Assembly: GCF_006345805.1 (NCBI RefSeq)
Contig: NC_043013.1
Location: 11,656,001-11,720,000 of the forward strand
DNA: 64,000 nt
Direction of reading: 5' to 3'
Origin: Octopus sinensis
Lineage: Eukaryota
Each line of letters begins with the position of its first letter. Position 1 is the stretch's first letter. The translations under genes were made by a program, and so were the position numbers. Below, piece by piece: positions 11,560-24,773 of this stretch. The notes under the pieces were generated by a model, which searched no databases, had not been told where the DNA came from, and was given only the letters and a program-made list of their open reading frames with translations.

Positions 11560-12085
11560 CAGTAGTTTTATTTTTATAGCGTGCTTTCACTTCACTACCG
11601 AGCGCAGCTCCGTGTGCCTTGGGTATGTGCTGTGATTTGTTGTGATGCTCTGATGGTTATTGTATGGAAAGTGTTCTGCGTAGGATGTGTGCAGTGCCTA
11701 GTAGTGCAATTTTCTGTATGTTATATGTGTTTGTAAGTCCTGGTGTTTTTGTTATGTATTTGTCTGAATATTTTTTTATCATGCCTAATGCACCTACTAT
11801 GATAGGAATTGTTTCTGTTTTCAGATTCCACATTCTAGTTACCTCTATTTCCAGGTCTTTGTATTTTGAGAGTTTCTCCATTTCTTTTAGAGACACGTTG
11901 TCATCTGCCGGTATTGATACATCAATTAGAAAGCATTTTTTTCTTCATGATCTCTGACAACTATACCTGGTCGGTTGGCCTTAATTTCTCTATCTGTGTG
12001 TATCGGCATATCCCAGAGTATGGTTGCTTTCTCGTTTTCTGTGACCTTTTCTGGTGTGTGCCTATACCATCTTTTTTCTGTTGTT
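11557..12085 (-). mobile_element. R4/Dong LINE 3' fragment (RLE domain), short 3' UTR, embedded in (TAA)n
   Basis: Translation WYRHTPEKVTENEKATILWDMPIHTDREIKANRPGIVVRDHEE [frameshift] CFLIDVSIPADDNVSLKEMEKLSKYKDLEIEV...IQKIALLGTAHILRR; ends ctactg(aat)n. Confidence 0.92.
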
Positions 12086-12104
12086 TATATATATTATTAT
12101 ATAA

Positions 12105-12169
<65 letters not shown>

Positions 12170-12267
12170 ATTATATTAATATTATTTTATTATTATTATA
12201 ATTATTATTATTATCATTTGATTATTATATTATTGTTGTTGTTGTTGTTGTTGTTATTATCATGATT

Positions 12268-12482
12268 AAGGCGGTGATTTCGTAGAATTGTTAGCACGCC
12301 GGTGCAAAATGCTTAGCAGCATTTCCTACGTCTTTACGTTCAGAGATCAAATTCGGCCGAGATCGACTTTCATCCTTTCAGGGTCGATTAAATAAGTACC
12401 AGTTACGTACTGGAACCGATGCAATCGACTTAATATCCCTTCCTCTACATTTGAGGCCTTATGCTTCCAGTAGAAAGGATTC
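12268..12482 (+). mobile_element. SINE family B (alternative tail)
   Basis: Head ggcggtgatttcgtagaattgttagc, core gatcgactttcatcctttcagggtcgattaaataagtacc. Confidence 0.82.
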
Positions 12483-12667
12483 TTCTTCTTATTGTTGTTA
12501 TTGTTTTTGTTGTTTATTTCTATATATATTTGTTTTTTGATAAAGGTTTCATTAGGAGATATAACAGAAAGTGTCTTAAATCTAGCGGTGCTGAATAGCC
12601 TTAATGGTAGCCGGGACTATCCAGTCGCATTTTGGCTTCACGTATACTAGTATCATTACCTTTTCTT

Positions 12668-12735
<68 letters not shown>

Positions 12736-13210
12736 ACTCTATTTATTTATTTATTTATTTATTTAACTCTCTCTCTCTTTCTTTCCCTCTCCTTGTCTCT
12801 GTGTCTCAAGTTCTGTCTCGCCATCTCTTTTCCTCATTCTCTCTTCTACTAACTTTGTGTACGTATTTGTTCGCATGCATGTATGTATACGTATATATGT
12901 ATACATATATATATACATATATACATACATGCATGCATATATATATATATATATACATACGTAAATTTGTGTGTGTGTTTTTGTATATATATGTGTGCGG
13001 TCTACCGAATGTTAGCAATGAACCTGAGCAACAAGTGTATAAGTGTTGAATGTGAATTCTTTTCTCTCTACTGGTCTACAATACATACAGTACAAACACC
13101 CATCTGCACAAACACACATAGGCACACACACATGTATATTTATGTATATATATATATGAAAATATATATATGTGCGTATATATACATATATACATATGTA
13201 TATGTGTATA

Positions 13211-13246
<36 letters not shown>

Positions 13247-13249
13247 CAT

Positions 13250-13296
<47 letters not shown>

Positions 13297-13345
13297 TATA
13301 TTATAATATATTATTATATATAATATATATTATTAATATATAGAT

Positions 13346-13387
<42 letters not shown>

Positions 13388-13906
13388 TAAGAATCTTAAG
13401 TAAACAAATAGCTAATGATTTTAATCACTTCTCACTTGCGCAAGCTAGTTGTTTCTGTTACATTCATTACACAACAAAATCAAATCAGACTCAGTCACAT
13501 GACAGTCACATGCTATCAAGATTAATTATATGGGAACTACACCTGCAAAAGACAGTAAATTAATGTAAAACAATTTCGAAAGAAATTACTCTTACCGATT
13601 CCATATACAAGGCTAACCGCAATGAATAATACATTGTCAGAAGTGTTTGCTATTAGATATATATATAGGCTTTGTTTCAGCTTAAATATATTTTTATCTT
13701 TTATGTGCAACAGGGTCTGATTTTTATGATATTTTATAATCGATTAAATCGATTTAATTTGCGTCGTATTTTGTGAATGTATATAAACAATGGCGTCGTT
13801 TGCTATAAGTTTCATGCGGGCCAATCGCAGTTATTCTGAAATCTTATTGATGAGACTAACACGAAAGTGTGAGCAGGATTATGTAAGTTGAAATATGTTT
13901 GAGACA

Positions 13907-14613
13907 TCTATATACATAAAACTCAACTTGTGTGTCTGTGTGTGTGTGTGTGTCTGTGTGTTTAACTTCCCGGCACATCTCCTCCTAGCCAACAAATTGT
14001 AGAACCACCAAAAAAGGGTCACTTAAAGTTTAGGCGAATGAAAATTGAACTGCGCTATTTCTGTTCCGAAATTCATCTCGCAAGTGCAAAAACCGATAAT
14101 GTCCTTGTTTAGGCCTTATCCCATGCATTGAATAGTGAACTTTATTCAGTCAGCTGTTTGACGTGAACTGTGTAAATTGCAAGCATGCGTAAATTGCATG
14201 AAAAATAAAAAATCAAGATATAAAAACGAATCGCCGTAAACATTGTAGAAATTCGGCAAAGAAAGGAATTTTCGGGATGTAGCCTGGAGGGTTTTTTCGT
14301 ATTAATCGTTTGGACTTTGTGAACACATACCAATTGTTTTCATAACATTTTTAACGCTTTGAATTAAATGTGACCCTTTTGCGTTGAGTCTGCAGTTTGA
14401 ATCACTTTAACCAAATTTTAGCAGGCCGGATTTTTGATCATCACTATACATCGCCAGCGACTCCCTGAAACTCTCCACTGAAATCCCCGTTGAGAAATCT
14501 ATATATATAAAACTCAACTTGTGTGTCTGTGTGTATCTGTGTGTGTGTCTGTGTGTTTAACTTTTGGATCTACCAAGTTTCGTTATTAAGGATGGAAAGT
14601 AGTATATAGCAAA
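13907..14613 (+). mobile_element. Two additional Helitron-type 5' termini (13907, 14498) lacking their own 3' ends
   Basis: tctatata(c/t)ataaaactcaacttgtgtgtctgtgtgt...tttaactt is repeated at 13907 and 14498; no hairpin+CTAG end occurs before 15000. Confidence 0.6.
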
Positions 14614-15000
14614 TCTATATATATAAAGCTGATGTTGTCTGTGTGTGGCAGGTTTGGTTGCCTTCAACTAACACTATCTCCTTCGAGACCCTGCAGCGCA
14701 AGTTGACCAAAATTGAGAGTATGATAGAAGGCTTGCTCTTTATTTTGTAGAAGATAAAATACAAATCGGACAATGTTAACATCAAAAATTATTTACATCA
14801 AGAAGGTGCTTTTTTTCTATGAAAATCCCTATTTTTTTACGATTTTTGACTGCTGTGTCACCATTTTTCGGTGTATTTCAACTGGAAAAATGTTCACTTG
14901 AAGAGAATAACAAGTTGCATAATACAAAAGTTTTACTTTTCAAAAATTCTAATTCTAAAGGGTCGAAACAAACCCAAGCAACACCGGGTGATACTGCTAG
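14614..15000 (+). mobile_element. Non-autonomous Helitron
   Basis: Starts TCTATATATATAAA, ends with subterminal hairpin accc..gggt then CTGCTAG. Sits between A(14613) and T(15001) with no TSD. Confidence 0.8.
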
Positions 15001-16512
15001 TATTTCAATAAACTCGAAACAACGATGTCTGGGATTTCTTATAGATGGCAACACTGAACGAACAGTAAGAGAGATTTATTCTCCACGCTAAATGCAGTGC
15101 ATTTGCCTTTTAGCAATTGAAATGTATGACAAACATATCTCAAATTACCTAATTCTGCTCACACTTACACACAGCTTAGCGTCGACACTTCGTTATTAAG
15201 ACGAACGTTGTTGTTTTGCTTTTAGAGCTGCGTGATTTGGAAACAATTTTTCACATTTTTGTCACGGATGAGTTGGGTATAGAAGTGTTGACGATTTCAT
15301 ACAGAACTTCATAATGACAACTTCTACTACGAACATTTGTTAGGCATTTGATACAACGGAAACGTGTTACAGGACTAGAAGAAGTCATCACTGACTTAGT
15401 AACTGGGTCAGAGGAACACAGGAAAATATAAGATATGTAAGTGTAGCAACTAGAAAAGGAAACAGAGATAAAATTAAATAAAATTTAATTTTTTTGTTTT
15501 TGTTTTGCTGAATGTTAAATAAAGTAAGACCAAATATTAAAGCAACAAGTACGATGCGAATGAGCTAAAAGAGAAAATACATGATGAGTGTTTGTACGAA
15601 ATCTTAAAACAAATACTGCAAAGTGAAAAAAAAAAAAACATGTACCTTCTATATGAGCCGAAAGGGAAAAAAAGGGAGCAGTGACCAGAGGAGAAAACGG
15701 GAAGTGTTAGCTGATATGGAAGGGACTGAGAACAAAGGCAAAAAGAAAGTGTGAGAGAGTAAGAGAAGATGAGTGAAGGAGAGAAAGGAGGGTGAGGGGC
15801 GAAGAAGGAAAAAGGAAAGATAAAAAGACAGAAAGAAAGAAGTGATAGAGAACACGAAAGAAGAAGAATGAAAAATATGAGTAAAAGAAAGTCACAACTA
15901 ACGTAACAAAACCTAACCTAGGAGCAAATTTGTCTCAGTGCATCAGCAATCATAAATGTAACGATTCTGTACAAAAGATAATATGAGATCAATGAAACAA
16001 ACGGATAAAAAGTAGAAACAAATAGATATGGATCAGCTGTCCAAATAAAGATTTTAGCAGATTTGACGCCCTGACACAGACCTGCAACAACAACAATTGG
16101 ATACAATTGTGAGGCAAGTAATACAATGGTACCGAGATGAATTAGAAATCATAAAGTCCATGCAAGAGTCTCTTCTCGTTGTTGGTCTATAGGCCCAAGT
16201 AAGCTCCCGTTGAAGTGATCAATGCTATGAAATATACCAGATGTGACCATCTGATCTAAATCCAAGTATAATGCATTTGTGACTGAATTGTATTCTTTTT
16301 TCTACTTGGCACTCCAGCGTTATATGTCTGACAAATTGACGACAAATTATAAGGCATTGCTTACTATTTAAGGAGTAGCATGTGATATGACGGCAAATTT
16401 GGCTACGTATAAATATGCATAAACATATTCGAGCTGGTTCTAAATTCATTTCTCTCTCATCAGTGATTAATGCATCTATCTATCTATCTATCTATCTACT
16501 ATCTATCTATCT

Positions 16513-16543
<31 letters not shown>

Positions 16544-16564
16544 CTCTCTCTCTCTACTCTCTCA

Positions 16565-16615
<51 letters not shown>

Positions 16616-16664
16616 ATTACATATATATATATATATCATGACAGATCGTTAGCCACTACAGACA

Positions 16665-16800
16665 TTTTTTTCTTCCTTGTTTTTTCTGTGTACCTTTCTG
16701 TAGAAGAGCGTAGACTCGAAATGTAAAAGATTTTTTCTATTCCTGAGCGTTATACTAATATAACTGCTTGTTTTGTGCACCACTTTCCGTATATATATAT
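16665..16800 (+). repeat. Dispersed repeat with a hammerhead-like motif (copy 1; copy 2 at 33170-33325)
   Basis: Shares 'aagagcgtag(a/g)ctcgaaa(t/c)gtaaaa..tttttctattcctgagcgttatactaata' with the 33.2 kb copy. Confidence 0.8.
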
Positions 16801-17153
16801 ATTGTCTGTTCTCTGAAACCCACCCATCCACAAACACAATCACGCACACACATACACACACACACATTAATGCCGTTATATACAGTCACACACACAGACA
16901 CTCACTCACAAAAAAAAATTCACCATTCATTTGAACTGCACCCTTTCACCTTCCTATTCTTATGCCTCTCTTCTCCTACTTCGTTTGAACCCTTGAACCT
17001 TTAGAACCTTCTAGATTCTTCTACATCCAACCATTTTGACGTCACTCCTTATAAAGGAATTTTTTAAAGAGACACTCATTTACACTATGGGCTCCGTGTG
17101 AACAGTCATCTAAAAGTTTTTTGTGCATCTTGATGTTGACATAAGTTCATTGC

Positions 17154-17236
17154 TTTTCCTGATGAGAAAGCGGCATAATATACTCCTTATTCCTTCGCAA
17201 TTAGGAATATGCAGCCTTCGAAACATATGTCGAAAA
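17154..17236 (+). ncRNA. Type I hammerhead ribozyme with extended stem II, inside a PLE pLTR remnant (~17080-17285)
   Basis: Stem I TTTTC/GAAAA; CTGATGA 17159-65; stem II GAAAGC/GCCTTC (one mismatch) plus GCATA/TATGC; GAAAC-ATAT-GTC, giving palindromic ACATATGT. Confidence 0.82.
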
Positions 17237-18285
17237 TAAAGGAATTTTGTTAATTCGTCGTTCAACTACATTCTTTCATATATTTATATACATATATATA
17301 ATATATATATATATATATATAATATATATAATATATATATAATTATATAAATACATATATATGTATTTCCATATACACACACACACTCTCTCCCACACAC
17401 AAACTCACTCACACATACATATATCATTGCAATTGCTAAATTTGGGGGAAATATTTCTATTTCAGATAAAATTTATATTAAATGTTTACTGTTAATCAGA
17501 TCTCATCAAGAGTACATAAATATAAAGACTAACCAACTGTGATCGTTCCCTCCGATTTTTTTTATCGTTACTTAGTAGCAGCTCATATCGTGTTAGTCAA
17601 AGGTGTTCCACATTAGATCAGGTCTTCTCTTTTTTTTAAATATTACTCGGGATTCGGCTACTAACAACTGAGTGCAAAATAGATACGTATATTTCCTCTC
17701 ATTAATTCCATGTATCCATAGTATTTTAAACGAAAGGATGAAATTTGAAAGACGTTTAGCTGCTAATACTGGCAGGTGATGTTTCAATGCGTAGGTATCC
17801 TCATCAACAAGTCGTATATTTTCGAGTACTGACGCACTAAAATATAAATGGCGTCTATTTCCTTTTCTCTGTGTGTTTAGTTAATGCCATTAAAAGTTAT
17901 AGTTTATTTCATTAACACAACTACTGTCGTGTGGAAAAACATGAATGTCACACCTTATTTCACAATCATCTATTATATTTTGGAAAAATGTACATATTTA
18001 CACGATTAAATGTGTATCAAAGATATCTTTACGCTTTTACACTCTTACATTTGAACAATAAAAAATTCCCATACAGTATATATAAATATATATACTTAAA
18101 TATACATATATGCTTATATTTACAGATACATGTATTCACACACGCACGAATACATAAATACATACATATACATATACATACATATATATATATATATATA
18201 ATATATATATATATACATATATACACATATATATATATTATATATATATACATACATACATACATATATATATATACATATATGA

Positions 18286-18317
<32 letters not shown>

Positions 18318-18816
18318 ATATATATATATATATATGTGTGTGTTTGTGTGTGTGAGTGTGTGTGTGCGCGCGTGTGTGTATGTATAGTTGAATTCAACCA
18401 TATGTCCGCGTAAAAAACACACACACAAACATTTACATTTACACGTAGAATTTTAGACCAATCTTGCTGCAACAAATGCTCTGATAGGCAAAAACACAAC
18501 AGAACTTCACATATTCTCTCATGGACAGACTGAATCATTTATATTACTGTATATGCATATATATTTGGACACAGGAATAATTCCACCGGTTTCATATGTA
18601 AACATGTTTATATACGTGTAAATTAGAAATTATACACAATATATCGTACACAAAATGTTATAAACACATTCATAAACACACTAGGTCACATATTCTAACA
18701 AATACACATCATATATACATGTGTTTATGTGTGTGTATTTATATATACATATATATGTATGTGTGTGTTTATATACATGGACTTTGCGCATATATATGTG
18801 TGTTCGTGTGAATGTG

Positions 18817-18860
<44 letters not shown>

Positions 18861-18870
18861 CATCCATCTA

Positions 18871-18901
<31 letters not shown>

Positions 18902-19763
18902 ATATATAATATATATATATACAAATCTATGTGCATATATATATGCACATAGATTTGTGTATATGTACATGGCTATGTATACATATACATCAATGCACAA
19001 ACTCACACGTATACACGCACACACGCACATGTTGTCCCTTGAGCGCCAGGTTATTTAGACAACTTTACGCTGCTTCTTAGGCCATCACATTTCGTGAGCA
19101 ATTTCATAATCTTTATATCTTCAGGGCATTGTTTCACAAAAACTCACACAGTAAAATGGTGGCTGCCAACGCCAAGAGAGTCTATTTTACTGTTTGTCAT
19201 AATGCCAGATGACCCAGCAATGGCAACGGAGCACATTCAACTATAGATCGATCAACAAATAAACGAACGAACTGCATTTTTTGTTGTTTATTTTTTCTTT
19301 CTTTCTTTATGTTTTCCTTTTTTTTTTACTTCTGTGTCTTATGCTTGCTGCGACCTTTTGATTCCGCGGCTACTGCTGCTGTTACTGCAGTGTTTACCGA
19401 ACCTGGCCGATCGGTTACGATGTCCGCATCGCAATGCAACCACGAGGTCTCGGATTCACTTTTTCTGCAAATTATGCGGAACAAGTGCCTTTTAACCTAA
19501 CTACGAATCTACAAAATTTTTATGAATAAAACTTAGTTTTTGGGGGCTGTGAGGAAGCCTGTTCTACAAGTGTTATAATTATTTGTAATTCTTTTAATAG
19601 GATGTACAATAGAATATTGTGTCGCGTTCATTCTATCGGAAAATGACATTAAGTGTACAGGTAAAACTTTTAAAGTTTTGTCGATGGGATAAATGGAATA
19701 TTCGTCGTCGATACCGGCGGATGATTCGTTTCCTTGTTGTTATACAAGCCAACTTCACCTAGC

Positions 19764-19875
<112 letters not shown>

Positions 19876-19896
19876 CTATATATATATATATATATA

Positions 19897-20150
19897 TGCT
19901 GAGCCCCTTCGGTCATGACTGACCATGGGATTGCACCTAGAAAGTTACCTTCCCAGACACAGTTGTTTGTGGAAGACCAGCAGTCGCCCATGCATAACGG
20001 TCTTCCCTGTCCACGTCACCTGTGTTATCCAAGGGAAAGGGTAAGGCAAAGGTCGATACAGCTTGGAATCTGTGACGTCGGAACTCATTTCTACAGCTGA
20101 GTGAACCGGAGCAACGTGAAATAAAGTGTCTTGCTCAAGTACACAACAAA
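19897..20150 (-). mobile_element. SINE family C, 5'-truncated
   Basis: Core ttgagcaagacactttatttcacgttgctcc..cactcagctgtagaaatgagt plus family C tail. Confidence 0.85.
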
Positions 20151-21419
20151 TCGAAATATCGTTTTGGAAAATTTTAAAAAATTCTGAGTGTAAGACAAAA
20201 AATAAAAAATAGAGACAAGACATCTCTAACTGGTGTTTACACCGTACAGTATCGACAATAGTTTGTGAGGTGTCAACAGATTTCGATTCAGAAAATACCA
20301 ATCAAATGAATAAATTCGAAAATATATGTCAGCATAACATTATCGAGGTAATCCAAAATTGGTTAAATTCAAAAGGCTTAGTTTTATGGCGTATCATTAG
20401 ATCCCAAAACCCGTTGGTTTAAGGCCTCTTTAGTGTGTGTATGTATATCTACCTATCTCCCCACCTCTCTCTCTCTCTACACGCGCACACACACGTACAC
20501 ACATACACACGTACAAACACACATACACACGCACAGCAAACACACACAAACACTTACTTATATATACATTCATAGATATAAAATGTAGGGCGTATTGAGA
20601 GTTAATAAATATATAAATCTTTAAATCTTTAAATTGTTTCAGCTTCATTTTTATTGAGTCCTGCATTAAATACATCATCACGAACTTAACTAGTTTTTTC
20701 AGAATGATACGTATCACTTATTTACTCTAAAGTTACTTATTTATAACAACATTTCACACGTAGTATGCATGTGATCCTGATAAAGATATTTCATTTCTGT
20801 AAACCTATATATAACATTGGTCTTAGTTCATATCCATGCCAAGTACTCTTAAATTTTTTGATATTCTTATCCCTCTCACATTTACTCTTCCAACTAATCT
20901 TCATATCCATTCTGAAGTAAAATATTTTATTACTTTAATAAGTGCATTTTCTTTCAGAATGGTCCGAGATATAAGTTACAGCCCCAAAACGTTCATAGTT
21001 ATTTGTTTTAATATTATTTCATTTATAATTAAAAGCATCATTGATTTCTTTGAAAGAAGAGCGTCGTAGCTAGTTATGACCGTCCCGTCCACTCTCGGTA
21101 CTGTTTGGTGAAAAGTTGCTGCTGCCCTTTGGCTTTGAACGATTGGAATATATTTGCTGAGGCCTAATACCATACGTGGTCATTATTGGAAGTATAGTCA
21201 CTCATTTGATGAGAATTTTATTTGTATTAACTCTTTCATTTCCTATTCTAAAATGGATTCGTCGTTTACATAAACCTTTGTCGTGTTCACGAGTCTTTGC
21301 CGTGTACGTAAACCTTTACCTGGTGCATAAGCCTTTGAAATCTTGTGAGAACAATAGAGTTTTAAACATGTTCATCCATTTTTGTAATCAGTGCAGTCAC
21401 TAGCAAAGTTAAGAACAAA

Positions 21420-22030
21420 GTATCGATCATTGAAGACATCAATCAATAAGTCCCTGTCAATATCCAGCTTTCAATCATTATACACAGGTGCTTTTGAATG
21501 ACTGTGTACATCAATACGTCAGTCACTCTAAATATAAATCTAGCACTCACTGTTGAGCTCCATCAATCAATCAATACTGGATCTCAAAACTGTCAATCTA
21601 TATGCATCAATGTACCCCAATGTATCAATCATCATGGATATGAATGCATCAATCACTTTAGTCATCAATCTATCAGTCACTGCAATACTCAATCTACGAA
21701 TCAATATAGCTTATGCATTAATCTATCACTGCAGACTTCAATTATTCAATCTCTGCAAATACCATCTTGTTAGTCGCTGTATAAATCAATGAATCAATCA
21801 GTCAATGAGCCAATCAGAGAAAGCATCAATCCATCAATCCAGCGTAGATGTCAGTCTGTCAATCATTATAGATATCACTCGATAAATCACTATTGACATT
21901 GATCTACCAACCATATTTGAAATCGATATATCAATCAATATGTAAATCACCTGCATTCATCGGTATAGCTTAAAGTTAATACAGACCTTCAATGTAAATC
22001 AATATGGCCAGCATTTCAAACGTCAATATC
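21420..22030. repeat. Decayed (ATCA)n-type tandem repeat
   Basis: Dense atcaat/atca motifs over ~600 bp with heavy substitution. Confidence 0.7.
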
Positions 22031-22189
22031 AATAACATGTAGTCCTTGTTAAAGCTATTAATATTTAAACTTCCTCCATTGGTCAGCTGTGATTTAGAAT
22101 ACGTGCTAAGACAGTAGAGTCTTAAAGGTGATTTGGTGACTATTTCTAGCAGTTAGTATGGCTGCTTTGTGACTTACTTGTTAATTTAT

Positions 22190-22465
22190 ACTGTTGTCGT
22201 ATTGTCCAGTCCCAAATCATAATACCTTTGGTATTCCATCTGTGACCATCCTTCCTCCACCCACATCGTTTAATTTTGAAGCAATGTGTATACAAGACTA
22301 TATTAAACTAACTAGCCTCCCTCTATATATAAGCAAGCATAGCCAAGTTTGCTTTGTCATCACAAGTTCACCAGTTCAATCCCACAATAAAGCATTTGGG
22401 GCAAATGTTTTCAACGGCGGTGCATCAGCAAGGCCGCAGCTATGAGCTGAAACTACAGCAAAAAA
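22190..22465 (+). mobile_element. Old CR1/L2-type LINE 3' end
   Basis: Ends ggcggtgcatcagcaaggccgcagctatgagctgaaact plus an A-rich tail, homologous to the LINE tail at 48224-48290. Confidence 0.6.
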
Positions 22466-22494
22466 ATCTATGTATATATATATATATATATATA

Positions 22495-23115
22495 TAGGTT
22501 CGGGTGTGGCTGTGTGAAAAGAACCACGCTTCCCAAACACATAATTCTGTGCGTTGAGTTCTACTGCGTGACACCTTCTACAAGTTTATTCTACAATGCC
22601 CTCGGGGCCGACCTTATGAGTAGATCTGGTGGCCATAGACTGAATCAATCCCAGTACTTATTTATTCTGGTATTTATTCTATCGGTCACTTTAGTTGAAC
22701 AGCTATGTTAAGGGGTCGTAAATAGACCAACACAGGTTGTCAAGTGATGATGGTGGACAAGTACAGACACAAAGACACACTCACTCACTCACATACATAC
22801 ACACGCATTCACACACATGTATATATATGCGACGGGCTTTTTTCAGTTTCCGTTATCCAACTCCACTCACAAGTCTTCGGTCGGGAAGCAAGCTTCTTAC
22901 TTAACGTGTCTTTGTGTCTGTGTTTGTTCCTCCACCGTCGTTTAACAACCGATGTCTAATATACGTCCCCGTAAATTAGCCGTTCGGCAAAATAGAATGA
23001 TAGAGTAACTACTAGGCTTACAAAGAATAAGATGTGGAGTCCATTCTCTCGACTAAAAAAACAAAAAACTTTAGGGCGGTGCCTCAGCATGGCCGCAGTC
23101 AATTACCTGAAATAA
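22495..23115. mobile_element. SINE family A composite: + head, antisense middle, + tail
   Basis: 22495-22640 matches the head (+); 22650-22890 matches the body in reverse complement; 22900-23115 matches the tail (+). Confidence 0.7.
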
Positions 23116-23173
23116 TTTAAAAAAATAAATGAATTAAATATATATAAATTTATCACCCTTTGATTTGAAATTA

Positions 23174-23397
23174 CAGTAAGCTCTCACCATATCGCGGGTC
23201 AAATATCATCGATTCCTCCCTGGTGATATTTTGTACCTATGATAAAATAAATATATGCAAATTATAAAAATATTTGAAAAAAATGTACAGTACAGTAAAA
23301 TAATAAAAGTATATACAGTACTGTTTTTACTTCGCGGATTTTCATTTACCACGGGGTGTTTTTGAACGTAACACCCGCGATAATGGAGGGATTACTG
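23174..23397. mobile_element. pogo/Tigger-like MITE
   Basis: TIRs cagtaagctctcaccatatcgcgg / ccgcgataatggagggattactg, each flanked by TA. Confidence 0.8.
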
Positions 23398-23997
23398 TAT
23401 ATATAGTTTTGTTTTGAGTTTTATTTTTCCTGGTTCCATTATCAAACCGTTCACATGTGTGTTTGTTTGTTTGTTCGTGAATGTGTGTGTGTTTGCGCGT
23501 GTCTGTGTATTTGAGTGTGCGTGTGTGTTTGCTTGCGTGTGTGTCTCCCGTGTGAGAGTAGTGCCGGGTCGGGGCTTATGTTATAGTATAATTGTCACGG
23601 ATTTTTTAAAATTTTGTTATAATTCTATGCATATAGTTATTCCGTCCGCACATTCACCCTGTTGTAGTCCCCTATTTGGACTTGTCTGTTCTGCTTTGTC
23701 TATTTATGTATAGCCTGTTGTGGCCAGTTTCAAAATAAAACTTCACTAGCAGGCTGTTCCGATGATCTGTCCGCTGCGACACTCGTCTTAACCGACGTTG
23801 TGCCATTTTTAAGTGTGTTTGTTTGTATGTGTCTGTGCGTGAACGTGCGTGTAAGAGTGTGCGTGCGTATATATAGGCACACGTGCGTATATATATAACA
23901 AATATACACACACATACACACAAATACATATATCTATATATACACATGAGTGTGTGTGTGTTTGTGTGTGTGTATAAGTATATGAATACCTGTTATG

Positions 23998-24321
23998 ATG
24001 ATGATGACCATGAGTTTGCACCTAGAGAGTTACCCTCTGAGGCACAAGTCTGGGCAAGGTTGTTTTATGGAAGACCAGCAGTCGCCCATGCATACCGGCC
24101 TCCCCTCTCCACGCCACCAGTGTTATCCAAGGGAAAGGCAAAGGGGCCGATACAGCTTGGCACCTGTGACATCGCAACTCATTTCTACAGCTGAGTGAAC
24201 TGGAGCAACGTGAAATAAAGTGCCTTGCTCAAGAACACAACACGCAGCCCGGTCCGGGATTCGAGCTCACAACCTCACGATCGTAAGCTCGACGATCTAA
24301 CAACTGAGCCACGCGCCTTCA
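23998..24321 (-). mobile_element. SINE family C, full length
   Basis: tRNA-like head (tggctcagttg A box, gctcgaatcc B box), ttgagcaagg core and family C tail. Confidence 0.9.
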
Positions 24322-24730
24322 TATAAATCATTCTAAACATAACTACTCGAAATTAGTATTATGAATATACTAACCAGAACAGAAGCCGTCGCCTCTAACA
24401 TTCAATTTAAATACCAGACTAACGAAAATGTATAACAATCATTGTATTAGCTACTCAAACACCATCAGGAATACAACAGATATTACATTAGAGATCACCG
24501 CAACTAAGAAAACAAAATAAAACAAAACAAAACAAAAAGCTTAAAAAATATATAAAATAGAGAAATACAAAAAAATATATATTTCCCTTCAGCTTTAACA
24601 CAATAGGTTATATTTTGTTGCTTGATATTGTGTACATTAATATTCTATTCTCTTGCGTACCTTGCTAAAAGAAATTTATATATATACATATATATATATA
24701 TTATATATATATATATATATATAATATATA

Positions 24731-24773
<43 letters not shown>

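Noticed and set aside
20213-20915. Short stop-free frames (70 codons at 20213-20422 on +; MDMKISWKSKCERDK.. near 20790-20910 on -)
   Set aside because: No recognisable homology, weak or incompatible splice sites, and lengths that can arise by chance.
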